NCBI GenBank assembly: GCA_036402075.1
Contig: DASWTP010000141.1
Coordinates: forward strand, 2,357 to 66,356
DNA from: Chryseosolibacter sp.
GTDB lineage: Bacteria > Bacteroidota > Bacteroidia > Cytophagales > Cyclobacteriaceae
Direction: 5' to 3'
Length of the DNA stretch: 64,000 nucleotides
Shown: positions 57,628 to 64,000 of the stretch, one piece after another
How positions within the stretch are numbered: the first letter of the stretch is position 1
Layout: each line of letters starts with the position of its first letter
Notes under the pieces: model-generated
What the model was told of the DNA's origin: nothing
What the model saw: the letters and a program-made list of their open reading frames with translations, nothing else
Database searches by the model: none
Made by a program: the position numbers and the translations under genes

Positions 57628-58739
57628 TCAAAGAGTCGTATGACTTTCCCTCCCTTTGGATAAACGGCCGCTTTGCCGGTATGAAATCCATTCTTGATTC
57701 ATCTGAACCTGCACGGACCGCCTTCGAAGATTCTACATTCGCATTCATACGAGCGTGGTTTTCGCCTGAGCAATCTTTTGAAATCAGCACAAGCGGTTCC
57801 ACCGGAGCTCCAAAAAAAATCATTGTTACGCGTGATCAAATGATTGCCAGCGCATCGGCTACCGCCCACGCGCTGAGGCTGCAGAAAGGGAATTCGTGCC
57901 TGATTTGCATCGACACGAAATACATTGGCGGCAGAATGATGTTGGTTCGCGCGTTCACAACGGGGCTTCAGATCTACGCGGTTGATCCATCCGCGAATCC
58001 ATTCGAAAAACTTCCACCGGGTCAGTGTGTAAATTTTGCCGCATTCGTCCCGTACCAGGTCGAGCATATCCTTGCCTCCTCCAATCCATCGCTCCTGTTG
58101 CGTGTTGAAAAAGCGATAATCGGAGGCGCTCCAATCAACCAACACACCGTTGACGCGCTGGGCCAATTCACGACCGACTTCTATGCGACCTACGGAATGA
58201 CGGAAACCATTTCGCATGTTGCCCTGCAGAAACTTAATGGAGCAGCTAAGCAGGACTTTTTTGAAACTTTGCCGGGGATTACCGTTGCACTAGACGAACG
58301 CGAATGCATCACGCTTGATGTTCCTTACCTGCGCGAGAAAATTATCACCAACGACCTGGCTCACCTGCTGTCTCCGACCCGGTTTAGGTGGACAGGCAGA
58401 TTCGATAATATCATCAACACGGGCGGCATTAAGGTTAGCCCCGAGAGAATCGAAGCGGTTGTACAAAAATTTCTCACTTCAAGCGGCCATTCGTATCGCT
58501 TTTTCGTTCATGGTGTTGAGGATCGGCTTTTGGGTACCCGCGTGGTTTTGGTGATCGAGGCCAACATTCTTGATGAACAATTCCTCAAGTCTCTGCATTC
58601 CTCATTAGCCGCTGCCCTCCCGCCTTATGAAATTCCAAAAGAAGCATTGCTGGTTTCAAAATTTTCTGAGAGTGGAAATGGCAAGATCAATCGCTTGCAA
58701 ACGGTGAAAGGTTTTCACGCTACCGTTTCCGTAAAATAA
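57624..58739 (+). CDS. menE: O-succinylbenzoate--CoA ligase (short Bacteroidota type)
   Basis: TSGSTGAPK, YGMTET.SH, TND, GRFDNIINTGG.K and GKINR motifs. Confidence 0.88.
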   Translation: MIKESYDFPSLWINGRFAGMKSILDSSEPARTAFEDSTFAFIRAWFSPEQSFEISTSGSTGAPKKIIVTRDQMIASASATAHALRLQKGNSCLICIDTKYIGGRMMLVRAFTTGLQIYAVDPSANPFEKLPPGQCVNFAAFVPYQVEHILASSNPSLLLRVEKAIIGGAPINQHTVDALGQFTTDFYATYGMTETISHVALQKLNGAAKQDFFETLPGITVALDERECITLDVPYLREKIITNDLAHLLSPTRFRWTGRFDNIINTGGIKVSPERIEAVVQKFLTSSGHSYRFFVHGVEDRLLGTRVVLVIEANILDEQFLKSLHSSLAAALPPYEIPKEALLVSKFSESGNGKINRLQTVKGFHATVSVK

Positions 58740-58795
58740 TAAGCAACCTTATCCTGTAACTTTTTTCCTGAACAGACTGCCGATTCGGTTACTGT

Positions 58796-58810
58796 TGGCA
58801 TCACAATTTA
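58796..58810 (+). promoter_or_regulatory. Sigma-54-like motif upstream of the polysaccharide locus
   Basis: TGGCATCACAATTTA, ending 42 nt before ATG 58853. Confidence 0.45.
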
Positions 58811-58852
58811 TAGCTGACGGGTGTGTAGTTGGAATTAATTAGTGAAAGAAAA

Positions 58853-59239
58853 ATGAAGAAGGTATTAGTCATTGAAGATGACGCTCCGTTGTGCTGGCTG
58901 TTAGAAAGGATATTGCGCGGTAAGTACGAGGTCATCGTAATGAACAATGGATTAGAAGCCTGGTCCTGGCTGTCAGATGGAAATAGTTGTGATCTCATCG
59001 TTTCAGATGTGAAGATGCCGTCCCTGGATGGCATAGAGCTGCTGGAAAATCTTAGCAACAGTGGTTTGTTCAAAAACATCCCGGTAATTATGCTCTCTGG
59101 TTTAGAAGACTCCAAGAAAGAGTGTCTTGAACTGGGTGCATTTACGTACCTGGTAAAACCATTCGAACCTCGGATGTTCCTGAGTGAAGTTGAGCGTGCC
59201 ATTGCGCACCAAAATGAAAATGCACTTGTGTCACAGTAA
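58853..59239 (+). CDS. Single-domain response regulator (receiver)
   Basis: VIEDD, LIVSDVKMP.LDG (phospho-Asp), IMLS and YLVKPF motifs. Confidence 0.93.
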   Translation: MKKVLVIEDDAPLCWLLERILRGKYEVIVMNNGLEAWSWLSDGNSCDLIVSDVKMPSLDGIELLENLSNSGLFKNIPVIMLSGLEDSKKECLELGAFTYLVKPFEPRMFLSEVERAIAHQNENALVSQ

Positions 59240-59256
59240 AAATCTTAGTCTCTCTT

Positions 59257-60351
59257 ATGGAATTAGTCTTACAAGCACCTGGAAGTATAAGTATTGAACA
59301 ACCTAAGCGAAAAGTCGCTACTTATACCCGAAATATACTTCGCATTGAAAATGTCTTTAGAAGCCTGAGTAACGAAACCATTCAGGATAACATTGCATTC
59401 ACAAGCGCAAACATCAAGGAGGCAATTGCGCTGCTGAATAAAAATGAAAGCATTGATGCAATCCTCATAAGCCCGGAGAGCATTACCGGAGACCTGATCA
59501 CGCTGAAAGACCTTGCTCGCAAAAAGGCTGTTCCGCTGGTATTGTATACTCATGCTTTTGAACCCTCTGCAAAGAGCACAGCACTGAGTATTACAGCAGA
59601 CGACTACCACTACGGGCCCATCAACGCAACCTTTTTAAAGCGTGTTGACTTCATTAAAAAAGTAAAGTCATACAAGAATACGCGCGGCAATAAGCCGTAC
59701 GTTGCCGTCACACTCGACCAGGTTCCGCAGATCAAGTTGTGGTCTTTGAAACGGGCGTTCGACATTCTGGTTTCTGCAACCGCATTGTTGTTTGCATTGC
59801 CACTGTGCTTACTTATCGCGCTCATCATCAAACTTGAATCGAAGGGACCGATCTTCTATATCTCGAAAAGAGCAGGAACCGGATACAAGATCTTCAACTT
59901 TTATAAGTTCAGATCAATGCGGACAGGTTCGGACGCTGACCTTCAGAAGCTTGCACATTTGAATCAGTATAGCAAAAACAACGGTAGTGTGTTCTTTAAA
60001 TTGAAGGACGATCCACGGATTACGCGTTTCGGAGCGTTTATCCGCAAAACATCGCTGGATGAAATTCCACAACTCTTCAATGTGTTGATAGGCGATATGT
60101 CGCTGGTAGGTAACAGGCCCCTGCCACTCTATGAAGCCGAGAAACTGACGAAAGACCAGATTGCATGGCGATTCCTGGCGCCAGCCGGCATCACAGGTCT
60201 ATGGCAGATTACGAAACGTGGAAAAGATAATATGTCTGAAGATGAGCGTATCGCGCTTGATATGGAGTACGCAATGAAGAATTCCTTCTGGCTCGATTTG
60301 AAAATTCTCTTCTCGACAATCCCGGCACTGCTTCAGAAAGAAAAAGTATAA
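59257..60351 (+). CDS. Priming polyprenyl-phosphate sugar transferase (Bac_transf/WcaJ-like) with N-terminal degenerate receiver domain
   Basis: [25 protein letters not shown] and GITGLWQ motifs; N-terminus has REC-like IDAILI / PLVLYT / ADDY..GP. Confidence 0.9.
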   Translation: MELVLQAPGSISIEQPKRKVATYTRNILRIENVFRSLSNETIQDNIAFTSANIKEAIALLNKNESIDAILISPESITGDLITLKDLARKKAVPLVLYTHAFEPSAKSTALSITADDYHYGPINATFLKRVDFIKKVKSYKNTRGNKPYVAVTLDQVPQIKLWSLKRAFDILVSATALLFALPLCLLIALIIKLESKGPIFYISKRAGTGYKIFNFYKFRSMRTGSDADLQKLAHLNQYSKNNGSVFFKLKDDPRITRFGAFIRKTSLDEIPQLFNVLIGDMSLVGNRPLPLYEAEKLTKDQIAWRFLAPAGITGLWQITKRGKDNMSEDERIALDMEYAMKNSFWLDLKILFSTIPALLQKEKV

Positions 60352-60408
60352 GGATAAAAGGTCCGGTGTGAGCAATCACCCCGGACTTGCCTATAATCAC
60401 CCAAAACC

Positions 60409-61602
60409 ATGTTAGTACCCGAACTCATCCTGCTTTTGTACTTCGCTTATGTCGCCTTTTACTCGTTCATACTCAGTATAGGTGGCTTGTTTTATCGCTC
60501 AGCCATCCCGCCTTCTGCGGCAAGAAAAAGAAAGATGGCCGTCCTCATTCCTGCTTATAAAGAAGACCAGGTGATCCCTGGAGTAGCGGCAAGTGCGCTG
60601 CGCCAAAACTACCCTTCCGACAAATTTGATGTGGTTGTCATTGCAGATTCTTTAAAGCATGAGACCCTTCGCAAGCTTGGTGAAATGCCAATCAAAGTGG
60701 TTGAAGTTTTTTTTGAAAAAAGCACGAAGGTGAAAGCATTGAATAAGGCAATGCAAGTTATCGGAGATGACTACGATTGCGCAGTTATCCTCGATGCGGA
60801 CAACATCATGGAGCGCGACTTCCTAACGAAGATGAACGATTTATTTGAAGTCGGCTACAGGGCGGTTCAGGGCAAGCGGGATCCGAAGAATGAGAATAAT
60901 TCGATGGCGTTGCTCGATGGGCTAAGCGAAACCATCAATAACTTCATTTATCGCCAGGGAACTGTCGCTCTCGGAGGATGTGCCTCGCTGAACGGTTCCG
61001 GAATGGTGTTTGAGTACAAGGCTTATAAGCAGATCATGGGCGGCATGGACTCGATCGGTGGTTTTGACCGGGAGCTTGAGCTCATCCTCATGGAGCGCGG
61101 AATCAAAACGTATTTTGCTAAACACGTAGTTGTTTACGATGAAAAGGTTGCCAACACAGCGGTATTTGAGAAGCAACGCAAGCGCTGGATTTCGAGCCAA
61201 TTTTTTTACCTGAAGAAATATTTCGCTCCGGGTGTAAAGAAAGCGCTGCACGGACATTTTGATTTCTTTAACAGCGCTGTGCTGCGCAATATCCAATTGC
61301 CAAGACTTTTGAATTTAGGATTGCTGACCTTGTTCACGCTGATCGCATTTGCTCTTGCACCATACACGTATTTCAGCCCATTCGTTTGGTTAACGTTGTG
61401 GGTGGTCAATGCGCTTGCCATTCTTTTTGCAATCCCCCGGAAATTTTATTCTATGAAGCTGTTAAAATCAGTGCTCCTGATTCCGACAATCTTCTTTAAG
61501 ATGTTTATCCTCCTCTTTAAACTAAAGGGAGCGAACAAAACATTCATCCATACTCCGCATGGTCATATCGAAGCTCATCCGTCAAATGCAGAAAAGGTAT
61601 GA
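60409..61602 (+). CDS. Family 2 glycosyltransferase, membrane-bound processive type
   Basis: LIPAYKE, LDADN and QRKRW (QxxRW) motifs; TM helices at both ends. Confidence 0.9.
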   Translation: MLVPELILLLYFAYVAFYSFILSIGGLFYRSAIPPSAARKRKMAVLIPAYKEDQVIPGVAASALRQNYPSDKFDVVVIADSLKHETLRKLGEMPIKVVEVFFEKSTKVKALNKAMQVIGDDYDCAVILDADNIMERDFLTKMNDLFEVGYRAVQGKRDPKNENNSMALLDGLSETINNFIYRQGTVALGGCASLNGSGMVFEYKAYKQIMGGMDSIGGFDRELELILMERGIKTYFAKHVVVYDEKVANTAVFEKQRKRWISSQFFYLKKYFAPGVKKALHGHFDFFNSAVLRNIQLPRLLNLGLLTLFTLIAFALAPYTYFSPFVWLTLWVVNALAILFAIPRKFYSMKLLKSVLLIPTIFFKMFILLFKLKGANKTFIHTPHGHIEAHPSNAEKV

Positions 61603-62513
61603 CACCAACGCCACGTGTATCGATCATAACGGTAAACTACAACCAGGTAGCGCTAACGTGTGCGCTCATCGACTCACTTGAAAAGGCTACCTATCCGGAT
61701 GTCGAAGTGGTGGTTGTTGACAATGGTTCGCCTGAAGATGCGACCCCGGTGATCACTAAAACTTATCCCCACGTCAAATTTATCCGCAGTGAAAAAAACC
61801 TGGGCTTTGCCGGGGGCAACAACCTTGGGATTCAGGCGGCCACAGGCAAGTACCTCCTGTTCCTGAACAACGACACGGAAGTAGACCGAGGGTTTCTGGA
61901 ACCACTCGTGGAACTGTTTGAAACGAATCCTAAAGCTGGCGTTGCAAGCTCTAAGTTGATTTATTACAATTCTGACAATATTATTCAATACGTTGGCAGC
62001 ACTTCACTTAATCCGTTCACCGGCCGAAATAAGCGCATCGGGTTTATGGAAAAAGACTGCGGCCAGCACGACAGGTTAAAAGAAACCGATCTGGCCCATG
62101 GCGCCGCCATGATGGTACCACGAAGCGTGATAGAAAAAGCCGGGCTCATGCCAGACTTCTTCTTTCTGTATTACGAAGAGATTGACTGGTGTGAACGCAT
62201 AAAAAAAGCAGGCTACAAGATTTACGTTGTACCGGCTTCGAAAGTGTATCACAAAGAGTCCATGTCTGTGGGCAAGAAGTCGACCCTAAAGACGTATTAC
62301 ATGACACGCAACCGGGTGTTATTCATGCGAAGGAACACGTCAGGTATAACCAAGGCTTCATGGCTTCTCTTCTTCATAGCTGTTACGTTACCAAAAAATT
62401 TCATCGCGTATCTGATTAAAAGGGACATCGAGCATTTGAGAGCATTTTGGAAGGCGTTGCACTGGAATCTGACGCACTTGTCGAACGGTGAAAAAATGAA
62501 ACTATTCGCGTAA
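61599..62513 (+). CDS. Family 2 glycosyltransferase
   Basis: VNYN, VVDNGS, NLGFAGGNN, FLNND and YYEEIDW motifs. Confidence 0.92.
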   Translation: MTPTPRVSIITVNYNQVALTCALIDSLEKATYPDVEVVVVDNGSPEDATPVITKTYPHVKFIRSEKNLGFAGGNNLGIQAATGKYLLFLNNDTEVDRGFLEPLVELFETNPKAGVASSKLIYYNSDNIIQYVGSTSLNPFTGRNKRIGFMEKDCGQHDRLKETDLAHGAAMMVPRSVIEKAGLMPDFFFLYYEEIDWCERIKKAGYKIYVVPASKVYHKESMSVGKKSTLKTYYMTRNRVLFMRRNTSGITKASWLLFFIAVTLPKNFIAYLIKRDIEHLRAFWKALHWNLTHLSNGEKMKLFA

Positions 62514-62534
62514 CCCTCTCAACCCTCTCAGGCC

Positions 62535-63755
62535 ATGAAAATCGGAATAGAAATACAACGGTTATTCAGAAAACAGAAGTACGGCATTGAAACGTCCTCC
62601 CTCGAGCTTATCAAGAAGATGCAGGCGCTCGACCCAAAATTTCAATTTGTAATATTAGCGGCACGGGGCGATGACAAAGATTGCTTTACTGAGTCGGAGA
62701 AGTTTAAGGTCAAAACGCTCGCTGGTGATTTCTTTGCGGATTTTGAGCAGCTGTTCTTGCCAATAGCCGCAAAAACAGAAAAGCTTGATCTGATACATTG
62801 CACGGGTAACACAACACCGTATTTCTGCCCGGTGCCGATTGTACAAACGTTGCACGACATCATTTTCATGGATCCAATTCCAAGAAATGACAACATGTAT
62901 CAACGTTTCGGTAACCACTATCGCAGGCGCCTTGTACCATTGGTTACGCCAAGAAGCGAAGCTGTCATTACGGTATCGAACTACGAAAAAGAACGGATCA
63001 TAAGTCGTCTCTCGATCGATGAGAAGAAGATTGAAGTGATTTACAATGGGATTAACACCAAGCACTTCAAGCTATGCGACTCCCCGAAAGAAAAAGCCCG
63101 GATCAGACTTCAATACGGACTTCCTGAAAAATTCATCCTTTTCCTGGGAAACCCTTCGTTCCGGAAAAACCCTACCGGAGTTATTGAGGCGTACGTTATG
63201 TATGCATCAAAGGTGAAGAATCCGCTTCCACTGGTAACGCCCGGGCTAACTCAAAAATATGTGATGCATGAGCTCAAAAGGCTTAATGCAGAATATAATC
63301 CGCAACTCTTCATTTCACCGGGATATATTAAGGAGGAGGATCTTCCTGTTGTCTATGGATTGAGTGAAGTGTTTCTGTTTCCATCGCTGTCCGAAGGTTT
63401 TGGGATGCCCATTGTTGAAGCCATGGCGTGTGGAACTCCCGTTATCACCTCAAAGATCTCAAGCATGCCCGAGATCGCAGGCGATGCCGCGTTGCTGATC
63501 GATCCAATGAGCGCACCAACAATTGCGGACGGTTTGATCGAAATGCTCAGCAACGAAAATTTTAGACTTGATAAAATTCAGGATGGCTTACTGAATGCCA
63601 AGCGCTTCAGCTGGGATATTACCGCTGAAAAAGTGTTGGCAATCTATGAGCGAATTTTATTTCCCCCGACAAAGAACAAAGTAAAAAGCTGGAAAAGGAA
63701 TATTCTCGAACCGGCATTTTTCTTTTTTAACAAGCCAAAGACTGAAGAGTCCTAA
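62535..63755 (+). CDS. Family 4 glycosyltransferase
   Basis: TLHD, RKN, FPSLSEGFGMPIVEAMACG and FSW motifs. Confidence 0.92.
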   Translation: MKIGIEIQRLFRKQKYGIETSSLELIKKMQALDPKFQFVILAARGDDKDCFTESEKFKVKTLAGDFFADFEQLFLPIAAKTEKLDLIHCTGNTTPYFCPVPIVQTLHDIIFMDPIPRNDNMYQRFGNHYRRRLVPLVTPRSEAVITVSNYEKERIISRLSIDEKKIEVIYNGINTKHFKLCDSPKEKARIRLQYGLPEKFILFLGNPSFRKNPTGVIEAYVMYASKVKNPLPLVTPGLTQKYVMHELKRLNAEYNPQLFISPGYIKEEDLPVVYGLSEVFLFPSLSEGFGMPIVEAMACGTPVITSKISSMPEIAGDAALLIDPMSAPTIADGLIEMLSNENFRLDKIQDGLLNAKRFSWDITAEKVLAIYERILFPPTKNKVKSWKRNILEPAFFFFNKPKTEES

Positions 63756-63856
63756 CTAATCTCTCGCCTGCCGTTGACTCGCTTTGCATAGTGGAATTGC
63801 ATTCGCGAATAACAAACATTTTACCAGCGTTTACTATTCCGTTTTGCTGAAGCAAC

Positions 63857-63871
63857 AGGCATAAGTTTTTA
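63857..63871 (+). promoter_or_regulatory. Sigma-54-like motif upstream of the next (truncated) gene
   Basis: AGGCATAAGTTTTTA, same spacing as the 58796 motif. Confidence 0.35.
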
Positions 63872-63938
63872 AAGTCGTCAAAAAAACTAAAATGCATTAC
63901 ATGATATAACTTCTAAAAGCTTTAATCTTTAAAATCAT

Positions 63939-64000
63939 ATGTTGAAAAAAATTGTTGGATCGTGGGTTTTGGGTTTACTCATTTTCAACCTCTCACTAGC
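63939..64000 (+). CDS. Start of an exported protein (3' truncated by window edge)
   Basis: ATG after an AT-rich leader; MLKKIVGSWVLGLLIFNLSL looks like a signal peptide. Confidence 0.55.
   Translation, partial: MLKKIVGSWVLGLLIFNLSL

Overview
Gene-dense 64 kb chromosomal window from a Bacteroidota bacterium, most likely Cytophagales. Support: four full-length T9SS cargo proteins plus one stand-alone T9SS tail, TAnnTTTG-type promoter elements and Bacteroidota-type gene neighbourhoods. Most of it is core or housekeeping: surE, ribBA, dnaG, mrp-nifU, ddl, lpxK, miaE, nif3, ybbAP-tesA, a menaquinone operon and one tRNA with a CAU anticodon. Two accessory blocks stand out. (1) A stress-type block at about 19.4-27.5 kb: glycosyltransferase, UDP-galactopyranose mutase, GH1-like hydrolase, SDR, a signal-less GH5, DUF4142 and a stand-alone LigD ligase. 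It may encode a cytoplasmic galactofuranose build/breakdown system. (2) The start of a polysaccharide locus at 58.8-64 kb headed by a receiver protein and a pseudo-receiver-fused priming transferase. Both blocks carry a recurring sigma-54-like -24/-12 motif. Other oddities: a DUF296/PPC gene inside the men operon, where menC and menH are absent; a tRNA with an A54/U58-swapped T-loop; a 7TM-DISM receptor with no output domain; and several structured non-coding elements. No transposase, integrase, prophage or CRISPR array was seen. All calls come from motif recognition by eye; no searches were run.
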